NCBI GenBank assembly: GCA_043228905.1
Contig: JBHGNT010000016.1
Coordinates: forward strand, 13,392,001 to 13,456,000
DNA length: 64,000 nt
Source of the DNA: Azolla caroliniana
Taxonomy: Eukaryota > Plantae > Polypodiophyta
Direction of reading: 5' to 3'
Part shown: piece by piece, positions 47,276 to 60,384 of the stretch
Layout: each line of letters begins with the position of its first letter
How positions within the stretch are numbered: the first letter of the stretch is position 1
Made by a program: the position numbers and the translations under genes
Notes under the pieces: model-generated
Seen by the model: only the letters and a program-made list of their open reading frames with translations
Database searches by the model: none
What the model was told of the DNA's origin: nothing

Positions 47276-47491
47276 GGAGGTTTCTAAACCGGTTTCCAAG
47301 CCGGTTTGGAAACCGGTTTACAAGCCGTTTACCAAGCCGGTTCACAAACCGGTTTTGCCTAAACTGGTTTGTGAACCGGCTCGGCTTGGCTCGGCTCAGG
47401 TTTGAGATCCTGTAAACGGTTTAGGCTTAGCCGGTTTGGCTTGGATCAGGCCAAACCGGCTAAGCCTAAACCAAACCGTTGCCGATCCCTA
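46474..47491. mobile_element. hAT-superfamily MITE with 16-bp TIRs (TAGGGATCGGCAACGG), 8-bp TSD AATCCCAC and an internal GA-rich minisatellite
   Basis: Perfect TIRs; AATCCCAC at 46466-46473 and 47492-47499; clustered AAACCGG/AAACGG subterminal motifs; no coding capacity. Confidence 0.93.
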
Positions 47492-48782
47492 AATCCCACG
47501 AATAGTTTATATTAATCAGCCTTTATAAAAAATCAACAACCATATACATCTTTTCTCTCTTCCTTATATAGCGATGGAAGAGGCTAATCATAGCATCAAG
47601 CTTTTTCCTAAAGGGTTCTTGCACACTAGATGTGCATGAGTTGCCTTCTTCAACCATGCTTTGTTATTTCCTAAATATAGTGCTCATGCACACAAGATGT
47701 GCATGAGTAATTGGCTTGCGTTTTTCTTCCAAATGAAGTTTTCGTGCACTCTAAAAGTGCATGATTTACTTTTTTGTAAAAATAGGCGTAAATATAACTC
47801 TTATACCTATTAAATCTATATTTAGATCACTTATGATAAGTTAGTACAATGGTAAGTACAGGGTTCCAATTCTGCCCTATGCATGTAACAATATTTTTAA
47901 TATTTTCTTTTATTTATTTATGTGTACTTAAATCAGATATATTTTTTACATATTTCGCGTAGTGTGCGAATTACACTACGACACTCACCCCCTCCAAACC
48001 CGCACATCCTCCGGTATGTGTAGAAGTTCCCGATGCTTGTTATTCGTCTTCATCCGTAGCACACTCTGATTCTCCCCTTATGTTGATTATCAATTGTAGT
48101 CCACTTTCTTCGCTTTCTGCATCACCGCGATCTTTGTCTGATTGCTCCTCATTGTCGGTCTTGACTAAGCTTACATAAGGTTCGTTGTTAGTTCGCTTCT
48201 TGAAAATCTTCACTCGTTTCCCCGCTATAGGCACCCGTAGTACTGTTCCATCCAACTCGCATAGTCCGTAAGTTCCGTTGTTGAAAACTTTCCGAACCTC
48301 GTATGGCCCGAACCACTTTTTAGCAAACTTCCATATCGTTGTATGTTGATGATCCGAACTACTGTCATAGATAATCACCCAATCTCCTACTTCAATCTTC
48401 CGTGGTCGTAGTCGATGCTTTGTGTCGTATCAACTTTTGTTCCGGAATCGCGCTTCCTGTTGTCGGCGTGTTGCTTTTGCTATGTCTTCTGGTCTTCCCT
48501 CTAGTTGTCGTATTCGGACCGCTAGTAGTTCTTCCCGGCTCATTTCTTCCTTGCACAGTAGTACTGTCCATATTGTAATTGCGGTTTCCATCGGCATTAC
48601 CGGTGCTTGTCCGGTCATAAGTTTGGCTGGCATATAACTGGTCACGGAACTATGAGTCGTGTGATCCGCCCATAGTGCATACGGTTCACCCTTTCGTCGC
48701 ATGCTTTTGCAAGTGCTTTAACGATTGGACCATGTCCTCGCTCGATCTTTCCGTTGGCTTCCGGATTGTATGACGTGGTTAG

Positions 48783-49245
48783 TGTTGAGAAGCAAGCTCA
48801 ACATGGTATGCGATGCTTATTGGGAAATAAGCTATAGTAGTTATTTAGCTACTTGTGAACATAAAGGAGAAACAGCTAATTAGCTACTGACAGCTATTTA
48901 GCTACTGACAGCTATTTAGCGACTGACAGCTAATTAGCTACAGGCAGCTAATTAGCTGCATACGTAAGTAACTTATTACTTACGAAGATATACAGGAAGT
49001 AGAACTCTGAGAGAGAGAGATAGAGAGTATAGAGAGAAAGAACTCAGAGAGTGAGAGCAAGAGAGAGAAACAAACGAGAGCAAGTAGAGCTCTGCGCATA
49101 ATGAAATAGAAGAAGTTTTTGGCTGCTACAGAGGTAAGTCTCCTTCCCCCTTCCCTTCTGTGTTTGAGCACTAAACGATCTAGCACACCACGATCCGCCG
49201 CGCACATAAGAAGAGCCCGAGTGCCTTCTTCACGTTTTCTTAACA
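48783..49245 (+). mobile_element. Solo LTR (TG..CA, 463 bp), TSD GTTAG, copia-like terminus
   Basis: tgttgagaagcaagctcaaca...ttaaca; GTTAG at 48778-48782 and 49246-49250. Confidence 0.9.
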
Positions 49246-49662
49246 GTTAGTGTTAACCCTACTCCATGTCTGATGAATAATTCCCTAGCTTTATCTGAGT
49301 CAAGTTCTCCTCGATCCGCAATCACTTGTCCTACGCACTCGTACCTGCAGAACACTTCTTCCAAGAGAAATTGGTTGCATGCTATGGAACATGTTTTCCT
49401 CCATAGTGCCCGTCCTTCTACTTGGTTTGTTAGATCTTCCCGGGCTAACACCAAGTACTTCATTTGTCCGATCCCAGTTGGCCTGGTCACAATGTTGACC
49501 ATCCATTTGAAGTTGATTGTCGGTGAGAATATAAGATGTAATTCATCTCGGTGTCAAACTCCGGAGTAGATTTGACATTTCTCACAACTTTTGGTGAACT
49601 CCGCTACATCTTTGTACATATTTTTCCACCAATATTTTTGTTTGATCTTCGCAAATGTTGGC

Positions 49663-52600
49663 TGTTGAGAGACAAGCTCAACATTGGCCGGATCGGCTGA
49701 AGAAGCCGAGGACCGGATCGGTTGGGACCAATCGGTTAGGCCGAATGAGTAAACCGGTACGCAAACCGGTGCGTAGGTAGGGCCAGAACGGTGCGTAAAC
49801 TGGGAGGCCGTTAGGAAAGATATTCCGTGAGGAATATATTTGGGAGTTAGTGTAGGAGCTCTTAATGAGCATTGAAGTACTGTCAGTACTTCTGTCAGCC
49901 CTTCTAGGACTTGTATAAAAGTGTTCATTGAACACACATATGTAGAGAGTGGAAAATAGAGATTGAATATTTTTTAATATAGTTCTTGTGCTTTTTCTCT
50001 CTCACTCTCTCTGTCTCTCCCGCGTATACTGTGTAAGCTCAAGCTCTCCATTAAACCTGAGTTTTTCTTCCTTCTATTCGGTCTTAATACTTGCTTCCGC
50101 AGGCTACTTTTCACATGGTATCAGAGCGTTCCGAACGGCTGTGTGTACCCGGGAGAATACGCCGTCCTTTTTCGACTTATAGTCAATGCTCCTGGTAGAG
50201 GAGAACCACGCGGGTGTGTCTACAAGCATGCACACCGACAGCAAAATGCTGTACACGGAGGGAGATAGGCCCTGTGGACGTGGAGGACGAAGCGAGTCGG
50301 CGCGCAATGGAGGCGGCCAACGAGATCAAGGAAGAAGGCACCGAAGTGATGTCGACAGCAACTCCGGACCCTCCGGATACAGGGGGAGTCGAAGTGATGA
50401 GAACCGGCAAGGGAAGGCCATCGCGGAGTGCTGGTACTGTGGCAAGAAAGGCCACAAGGAAAGTGAGTGCTGGAAGAAGCGCGCCGATTCGAAGAGAACC
50501 GGTTCCGGAAACGGCTCCGGACATACCGACAAGGGAAATCGGCAGCGATTGCACTACGCCGAAGACTCCGTGAGAGCCGGAGAAGGGTTTGCCTTCGTGA
50601 CGAGACACGAAGCAAACTCAATGAAACAGAGCACCCCGAGATCGGACGAGGTGTGGTACGTAGACTCCGGCGCGTCAAACCACATGACGAGCCATAAAGA
50701 GTGGTTCTCATACCTTGAAAAATTGATACAACCTGGAGTAGTCGCAACTGGAGACGACACTCCGCATCCGATCGTGAATGTCGGAGAAGTTCCCCTTAGC
50801 CATGTCGGGCAGAAAGGGAAACTCATGAACGTGCTGCACATTCCAACAATCACGAAGAACTTGGTCTCGGTCGGACAGATCGTCGACCAAGGGATGGAGG
50901 TTCGGTTTACACACCTCGGGTGCTTCATTGAGGAAGAAGGGCGCAGAGACGGGAGGATGTTCATCCTCGACTCCACTAACGGCGGCACCGCAATGTTCGT
51001 GAAGGGACAAAAATCCGAGTCGGACATCGACTTGTGGCACAAGCGGATAGGCCACATCAACTACCAGCGGCTTCAAGATCTGCAATCGAAACAGGTAGTG
51101 TTTGGATTGCCCAAATTTAGTGGCCGAAAGGCATAAATTTGTGAAGCCTGCTAGCTCGGGAAGCAACACCGACTTCCTTTCCCCAATGAGCGAAACCGGA
51201 GCCGGAACAAGCTCGACCTTATACACTCCGATGTATGGGGACCAACACAAAATGTTAGTCTCGGCGGGAGCCGATATTTCGTCTCCTTCATCAACGACCA
51301 CACGGGGCACACGTGGATTTACATCATTGAGAGGAAGAGCGAAGTCTTCGACTGTTTTCAGGACCTCAAAGGGTTCGTGGAAATGGAAACGGGACGAAAG
51401 ATCAAGTGCCTGCGGTCGGATGGCGGGAAAGAGTACTTCTCCAGTCAATTCAACGGTTATCTACAACAAATGGGAATTCGGCGCGAATTCAGTTGTAAAT
51501 ACACGCCAGAGCAGAATGGCGTGGCCGAGAGGAAGAATCGGTCAGTTGTGGAAGCAGCACGGGTAATGCTGGAGGAGAAGAGCTTGCCCAAGTTCTACTG
51601 GGCCGAGGCGGTAAGGACCGCGGTATACATCCAGAACCAGATCGGAGACAAGGTGTCGGCGCACGAGCTATATTTCGGAACGAAGCCGAACTTGCGACAC
51701 TTGAGGGTGTTCGGTAGCATTGCATATGTGCATGTACCGAAGGAGAAAAGGAGGAAGCTGGACCCAAAGGCCGAGAAATGCATCTTGGTCGATTACTCGG
51801 ACGAGCAGAAGGGCTATAAGTGCTATAACCCTCGCACCAAACAAACGCGTGTTAGCCGTGACGTTGTGTTTGATGAGTCCGCGTCCTGGTACCAACCCCC
51901 GACTCCGCACCCCGACTCCAATCCGAGCTCTGACGATGAGGTTAGCGAGGCCGAGATGCCTCTCGATGAGCCCGAAATCGAGACCCGCGAAGAGAGTCCG
52001 ATTTCACTCCGTTTAAGTGGACCGATTGGACGACTGAGTCGGTACGACCAGTCCGATGAAGAGCCGGCGAGTAGTGGAGACTCGGTCGTGCATTCCCCAT
52101 GTAGGAAGCCGAGGAGACGGCTTACGCGCGAAGAGAAAGGGAAGAAGAAGGTCTCGGATTCCGGCACGGATAGGAAAGGGTCGGACCGACGCGAGTCCGA
52201 GTTCGAGGGAAGCGGCGACGAACCTTCAGGAACGAAGTCCACGTCGGCCGAGAAGATCTCGACATCGGAAAATGACCGATTGCGCCGATCTACCCGCCAA
52301 AAGAACCCAGTTGTGCGGTTCGGATACAATGAGTACATGGCGCATCACTATGCGTACATGACCTGTGTAGCGGAAGTGCGTGAGCTGGAGAGCTACGCAG
52401 AAGTGGCTAAAGACGCGACTTGGCGTGCCGCGATGGAGGAAGAGATGCACGCATTGGTGGAGAACGAGACCTGGGACCTGGTTGACGCACCAAAGGGTGT
52501 GAAGCTGATCGGGTGTAGGTGGGTGTACAAGGTCAAGTACAACACCGATGGCTCGGTCAACTGGTACAAGGCTCGGCTAGTGGCAAAGGGCTACGCGCAG

Positions 52601-54881
52601 AAACACGACATCGACTACGATGAGACATTTGCGCCGGTCGTGAAAATGACGACCGTCCGTGTTTTGCTCGCAGTAGCTACGGTGAAGGGGTGGCACTTAC
52701 ATCAGATGGATGTAAAGAATGCGTTCCTGCAAGGTGACCTTGAGGAACAGGTGTACATGGTACAACCCCCCGGATATCACTCTGGATTGAACTCCTCGGT
52801 AGTATGCCGACTGAAGAAGTCCCTTTACGGACTGAAGCAAGCCCCGCGTGCCTGGAACGCGAAGATCACGCAACAACTGCGACGGATGGGCTTCGTCACG
52901 TCAAAATTGGACTCTTCCCTGTTCATCCGGAAAGGTCGACTTGGACCGGTTAGTATTTTACTATATGTTGATGACCTGGTCATCACCGGTGCCGACCTAG
53001 GTGAAATCGACCATGTGAAGCTCCAGCTTGTGGGATCGTTCGACATGAAGGATCTGGGGGACCTTCATTACTTTCTCGGGATCGAAGTGATCCGCACCCC
53101 CGAAGGCATACTAATCAGCAAACGTCATTACGCGTTGAATATGCTCTTCAAATTCGGGATGGCCGACTGTAAGTCCGTCTTGACTCCTCTGGACAGAACC
53201 ATCAAGCTTCGTCCCGATACGGGAAAGGTATGCGACCCGACGAGGTTCCGACAAATTGTCGGAAGCCTCATATACTTGACGATCACCTGACCCGACCTCA
53301 GTTATCCGGTCGGAGTGATCAATTAGTTCATGGCGCGACCTACCAAGGAGCACCTCCAGTGTGCGCAACGCATACTTCGGTATGTCAATGGCACTAAGGA
53401 CCGGGGACTGCTATATCGGACCGGTGCAGCCGTGCAGTTAGCCGGCTACACGGATGCTGATTGGGCTGGGAATGCCGCCGATCGTCGATCCACGTCCGGA
53501 TACGCCGTGGAGCAGTAAGAAGTAGCCGACAGTTGCACTGTCGAGCACCGAAGCTGAGTACCGAAGAGCGGCTGTGGCGACATGCGAAGCCATATGGTTG
53601 AAATGGCTACTTAATGACCTGCAAGAGGAGGTGTCCGATCCAATGACGATCTACTGCGACAACCTTAGCAGCATCCAACTTGCGAAGAACCCCGTCTTCC
53701 ACGCACGAACCAAGCACATTGAGGTGCACTACCATTTCATCCGTGAGCGTGTCCTTTCCGGTGAAGTCAAACTTTAGTACATCCCGACGGATCGGCAGAC
53801 TACCGACATCTTCACAAAGCCTCTTGGTCTGGACAAGTTGCGGCAATTCTCAGGTGCGCTCGGATTGCGTCACCTCGACGTGCCAAACTTGAGGGGGAGA
53901 ACAGTCCCGAATGACCAAGCAAGGCAGCAGTAAAGGAACGGAGAACGCGACACCGAGTCGGTTGACTCGGTTGTCGAGTTCGACTTCGGATCGGCTGAAG
54001 AAGCCGAGGGCGGACCAGCGGAAAAGTTCGGAAGCGGACAAAAGGGGAACAACCGAAGGAGAGAGCCGAAGCCAATCACGCATGGGGAAGATGACGCTGT
54101 CGAGGGCGAGAAGACCGAAGACAAGTTCGAGACAGCCAACTCGGACGAGAGCGAAAACCGATTGGAGGTAGCCGAGTCGGTTCGGATGTTTGATTCAGAT
54201 ATGTTAAATCAACCGAGGCCCAAACGGAAGAAAAGGCAGTAGGAGAAGCGTCAACACCACAATAGCAGAAGAGCTGATAAGGGAATCATGAGCAGACAAG
54301 TCGACCGGAAGGGTCGAAGCGCGCGGAGTCGAACAGGTCGAGAAGCGCGAGCAAGGCGTGAAGCCAGGAGGAACCGGAGCTGTGAGCCCAAAGATCCCGA
54401 AGAGCCTCAAGATGAGCTTGAGGGGGAGTGTTGAGAGACAAACTCAACATCGGCCGGATCGTCTGAAGAAGTCGAGGACCGGATCGGTTGGGACCGATCG
54501 GTTAGGCCGAATGCGTAAACCGGTACGCAGACTGGTGCGTAGGTAGGGCCGGATCGGAGCGTAAACCGGGAGGCCGTTAGGAAAGATATTCCGTGAGGAA
54601 TATATTTGGGAGTTAGCGTAGGAGCTCTTAATGAGCATTGAAGTACTGTCAGTACTTCTGTCAGTCCTTCTAGGACTTGTATAAAAGTGTTCATTGAACA
54701 CACATATGTAGAGAGTGGAAAATAGAGATTGAATATTTTTTAATATAGTTTTTGTGCTTTCTCTCTCTCACTCTCTCTGTCTCTCCCGCGTATACTGTGT
54801 AAGCTCAAGCACTCCATTAAACCTGAGTTTCTCTTCCTTCTATTCGGTCTTAATACTTGCTTCCGCACACTACTTTTCACA
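49663..54881 (+). mobile_element. Ty1/copia element; 453-bp LTRs 49663-50115 and 54429-54881, PBS tRNA-iMet, TSD TTGGC/TTGCC, 5' gag deleted
   Basis: tggtatcagagc at 50116. ORFs 50186-51136 (CWYCGKKGH, WYVDSGA) and 51377-53290 (integrase, RT LLYVDD), then RNase H. PPT at 54417-54428. Confidence 0.97.
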
Positions 54882-57687
54882 TTGCCCATGTTCCCCGATG
54901 TTCAGCCCAATAGGATTCGTGAAATTCGGACATTATCCGGTTTCTTTGTTCTTTTGTTCCAACTACTCGAAGTGGTATACCATTCGGTCTTTTCGGCTCC
55001 CTCCAGATTAACCCATTGTTCAAGAAAAACTTTTGGATTTTCCGCTTCTTACTTTGGATTTTGGCTCTCTTCTCTTTGTTGTCCAATGATTCCTCGACTT
55101 CTTGCAGCACTTTCCCGATAAGCAAACTTTCTCCCTCGTATTCTTCTTCCCGGAATTCTCGGATTACGTTCACCTGGCATATGTGCTCCGAAGTAAAGTA
55201 GTTTTCAAAAACTTCTTCATTAACGGATTCGGCTATGTCGTCTCCGAACCGTGCCCTTGATAGCATATCCATTCCCACGTTATCTTTTCTAGAGATGTGT
55301 CGTATCTCTGGATTAAGCGACTTTACATATGCAATCCATCTTAGCATAGCCACATCCAGTATCGTCCAACACCGCATCAATCCAAGTATCGGAAGACAAT
55401 CCGTTTCGATCATTACTTCGACTCCAATTAAGTAATCTCAATCTAATTTTATTGCCGACACGACTCCCCATAATTCTCTTTTAACTTGTGCATATCCGCA
55501 TTGCCTTTCGTTGAGAACCTTTGCTACGAATCGGATCGGATATCGTGAACCATCCGAATCGGCTTGATTGATGACCCACCCGATCCCGGTTGGACTTGTA
55601 TCAACCATTACTATAATCAGTCGGTCATAGTTCGGCTTCTTAAGTGCTTCTCCCCTCTGTAGTGATTTCTTGAGCTTCTTCACTACTTTGGTATGTTCCA
55701 GTTTCCATTCGAACTTCTTCCCCTTCCGCAACAAGTGATAGAGTGGGTCCGCAATCTGTGCATAGTGCGGAATCCATATGTGATAGAATGCACATGCCCC
55801 AAGAAATCTACGGACTTCGGATTGTGACTCGCATATTTCTTTCATAGCTTGAATCGCATCGATCTTGATTGGCGACAGTCTTCAGTCGTACGGCCCACAT
55901 AGATGTCTGACTACCAATATCTCTTCTTGTCCGAATGCCGATTTCTCTCCGGAGAGTGTTGGGTGCACATCTTCTAACTTCCGTAACACTTTCTTGCAAT
56001 CACGAATATGATCGACTATGAACTTTCGGCATCCCCGATCATCCTCTTATCGGAATGTCATCTAGGAACAACATCGTTATCTCCAGAATGCAGTCCTAGA
56101 GCACCTTGTTCATCACATTCATCATATGTGCGACCGAGTTCATCACACCTTGGGTTAGCGTGCACATCCGGACCAATCCTATCGGTGCTCGCATGGTAGT
56201 GATGTCTCGGCTCTCCACGGCTAGTTGGAATTGGTCATGCCCGAAGTATAGGTCTCCGATGGAGTATATCGTGCGACCACCAAATGCTTCCGCAAATTCG
56301 TCCACTATCGGACCGACTCCGGAGTTCCGGATCATGACCTTGTTCACCGGTTGCAAATCTTGAATAAATCGGAGTGACCCATTCTTTTGTGGAACCGTAA
56401 ACCATTGATTTGAGTACGGAGCGTTGGATGGCTCTAGAATCCCCATCACCACCTTCTCCTGGAGCAAGTCAATGATTTTCGGCATATGCGCCCATGGCAC
56501 TAGAATTGGCTTCAAGTTCCATGGCACATGATCAATCGTGAAGATCACCATCGGCTCCACTATCTTTGGGTCAACACACCCTATCTCTTTCGATGTGAAT
56601 GCAAATGCTCTTCCATGTTGCTCCAACATCTCACGACACCGTTCTTCTTCATTTTGTGAGAGGAAAGCACCTCCACCGATTCGAAGTTTCTTCCGGGTCT
56701 CATCAGTGAAGGCATGTCCGATATCCACAGACTTCCGAAGTGTCGGATCTCTCGAGACTTCTTTCACCTTTTGTTCGCTATTAGCGTGCAGCGGTCCCGC
56801 GGCCGGTTTCACCTCCTTTTCCATGGTCTTCTATTTCATACATACCATTGCTTCTTCTTTGCAGAGCGCATTCGGCCCCATTTTCGCAATGATCTTATAC
56901 ATCTCGACCGATTCCACCGGAACTACCCAGTCTCCCTGGCTATTCTCTTCTGCAAGCTGTTCAAGCCGTTGTAGCGTGTTCCCATAGAACACTTCTTTGA
57001 CTACTCCCACGATTTCTTCGTCTTCTTTAATTATTGATGCAGACCATTGTTGTGCCTTTTGACGCCGGATCATTGTGTGAGTCGGGTGGGAACCACTGGG
57101 GTTTGGGACTAGGAGGAGGAAGAATTTGAGACGATTATAGTTATGAATAGAATTTAAGAAAGGGAGATAGAAACCTCATGAATCCCATGAGTATAATGTA
57201 TTTTATTAGATTAATCAATATAAAGATAAGAATATAAACTTGGATTGAAAGAGAAGGGTATAGAAGCCTTGTGAATCCCACGAGTATAGTTTATTTCGTG
57301 AATCCCACGAATATATTTTATTAATTGGTGTTTTTTGAAATATATCAAATTTCCAAAGTTTTCACACATAATTTATTTATTTATTTTTCTCCCCCCTTAT
57401 TACATTGTGTTCCCCATCCTTATATAGTGATGAGAGAGTCTTAGCAATCCATGCTTTTTCTCTAACTATAGACTATATGCTTTCTCTATCATGCTTCTTC
57501 TAAAAGTGATCATGCTTTTTCTAACCTCATGCGTTTTTATCGACTATAGTGCTCATGCACGCTAAATGTGCATGTGTCGCTTTTTTCTATCATGCATTTT
57601 TCTTCTAACTAAAGCTTTTCCCTAGAAAATATGCGTGAAATAACCTTTCTATGTGGGATATCTGCTTTTCTAATACTCATGATATGT

Positions 57688-57747
57688 TAGTGTAGTGGTT
57701 AAGACTTTAAATTATTAACATGGAGGTATAAGGGTCGAATCTTGCCC
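57688..57747 (+). promoter_or_regulatory. tRNA-like Pol III A-box/B-box module in the Trp-gypsy LTR (also at about 62220 on +; 21032-21090 and about 27060-27118 on -)
   Basis: TAGTGTAGTGGTTAAG...AGGT...GGKTCGAATC, with tRNA spacing, followed by a T-run. Confidence 0.6.
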
Positions 57748-60384
57748 TATGCATGTAACATGTATTTTCAAATTTTCTTTGTTTTCTTCATATTTATTAA
57801 ATCGGGTACTTTATATGTTTTTCACGTAGTGTACGAAATACACTACGACACTCGCCCCCTCCGAACCCGCACATCCTCCGGTATGTGCCAAAATTGTCGC
57901 AGCTCGTTATTCTCCATCCGTAATACCCTCTGTTTCTCTCGCTATGTCGACTTTGTCTCTCCTTTTTTGGCACATCCATTATTTCCACCCGAACCATTGT
58001 CGCCATCCAATCCACCATATTCTTCGTTCACTCTTTGCATGACCATGACGGGTTGTCATGACTCCTGCTCTTCTTGAGCTTAACCCTTCATTCTAACCAT
58101 CTCCTTGGTCAAGACACTTCGCACATCATCCATCTTTGTCGTACAATCTCGCGTTAGAGTTGACAATCTTCATGTTAGAGCCCTCCTTCTTTGTTGAGAT
58201 ATCATCCTCGGTAACACCCTTCAAATCCACTTGGCCCTTGTCGTCTGTGGTAGTGTGCTTGCTTAACCTCTTCCTCGTGTTCTCTGGCCTCGATTGTTTC
58301 GACCTCCAGTTCAGTTGTATTAGCTTCTTTCCCATTTGGTCTCGTTTGATCAGCTTTCGATTGGGTCGGCTTCCAATCGGATTCGTATACGGCCGAATCG
58401 CACTCGGTTGATCGGTTTCGACCGAGTTGGGCCCCTTCCGGGTCAGGTTCAACCCATCGGTTTCGGTCTTGATTGACTTCCCTTTCCTAGTGTTCATCGG
58501 ATTCAACCGGTTCGACTTCCGGCTGGATCGAATTAACTTCTGTCCGGATCGGTCTCGTTCAATCGGCTTCCGGCTGGAACAATTTTTGTCGGGGTTGGGG
58601 TTGACCGATTGGATTTCGGCCGAATCCACTTCTGCTTGGTTCGGCTTTCATTTAGATCGGAATTTTGGACAGATCATTTTCCATCCGAACCGGCTTCCGA
58701 CTTTACCTTCCTTGCCGCCATCTCCCGTCTCTCCAGTCTCACGTTGGTTCTTGGACACAACCGCCGAAGTATCTAGAATTAGTGTATAGGAATCGTCGGT
58801 ATTATCGTCCTCTGTCGTTTCACCCATAGTCACCTTATTGGCTATCTCTCCGTCGTATACATCGGCTTCGACCTTCGTTTTCTCTCCGTCACCTTCCATC
58901 TCTTCGCTCTCACGTTGCTTTTCTAACGCAACCGCCGAAATCTCTGGAATTAGCATTGGGAAAATCTCGCCTCGGCCATTCGTCATTGACTCGTTCATAT
59001 CCACCTTCGACTTGATGTCATCTTTCGTGGCTACCTCCTCAATCACCTCCAGCTCACACTCTTTATCTCCCTCAATCATGCAAGCATCGATTATGCTTAC
59101 CCCTTTCTCACCCGATGTTTCGGACACTTGTATCCCAAAACCTTATTCCTCCCTTTAAGTAGCATTCGCCACTATCAAGTCATCTACCTTATCCTTGGTC
59201 GTTGTTCTTTTGCAAGAAGAGAGGGTGTCTTGTTCTAAACCCTCTCCCGTAATACCACCATATTGTATTTCGGCCTTCATAACGGCCACATCATTCATTC
59301 TCAACCAATCATCCCTCATGGACCATGTTGATGCCAACATGATTCTCGTCTTCCTCTTATCATGTCTTTGGCGTACTCTTTTGACTTCGGCCCAATGCTC
59401 GGTAAGGCCATTTGCACCGTCATCATCTTCAAGTTTGATCCCGATGTCCATCCCTTCTTTCCGATCAATCGATCTTACGAACATTAGGACTTTATCCACC
59501 CCCACCAATCTTTATTCCCACTCCGAGAGTTGAGCAAAATGATGCTCGAACTCTAGGAATGCTTGTGTCGCACTTTGGTGGATCTTCGTCGATGCCACCC
59601 ATTGGTCAAACTCGCACCAATCTCATCCCTTTGGTCTCTCATAGTCATATGCCTTTTGTAAAGCTTCTTCAAAGGACCCCCATGTCGAGTTTTGTTTCCG
59701 TATCTTGTAGATTCTCTCTTGTAACTCATCCGTGGTCACCCGACTGAAGGATATCACTTGCAATCCTTCTGGTATCCCACATCGCATCATCTCCGCTTTG
59801 TAGTCACATAGATAGCGTGACAGATCTTTTTCATTGAGTTGTTTGTTTCATTGTAAGAGCTGCTTTACTGCTGTCGTGATCTTCGACATCGCTCGTTGTT
59901 CTTGTAGTATCCGCTCGAACATCATCATCATCATGTTCATCGCCTCTTGTTGATTCTCCGTCTCCTTGCCAGCCGTCTTCACATCGGGTTCACCAATTGT
60001 GTCGTGCCTTTCAGCGCAGGATCGTTGTGTGAGTCGGGTGGGAACTGCTGGGGTTTTGGACTAGGAGGAAGAATTTGGGATGAGTATAGTTATGAATAGA
60101 TTTTAAGAAAGAGAGGTAGAAACCTCGTGAATTCCACGAGTATAATGTATTTTATTAGATTAATCAATATAAAGATAAGAATATAAATTTGGATTGAAAG
60201 AGAAGGGTATAGAAGCCTTGCGAATCCCACGAGTATAGTTTATTTCGTGAATCCCACGAATATATTTTATTAATTCGTGTTTTTAGAAATATATCAAATT
60301 TCCAAAGTTTTCACACATAATTTATTTATTTATTTTTCTCCCCCCCTATTACATTGTGCTCCCCATCCTTATATAGTGATGAGA

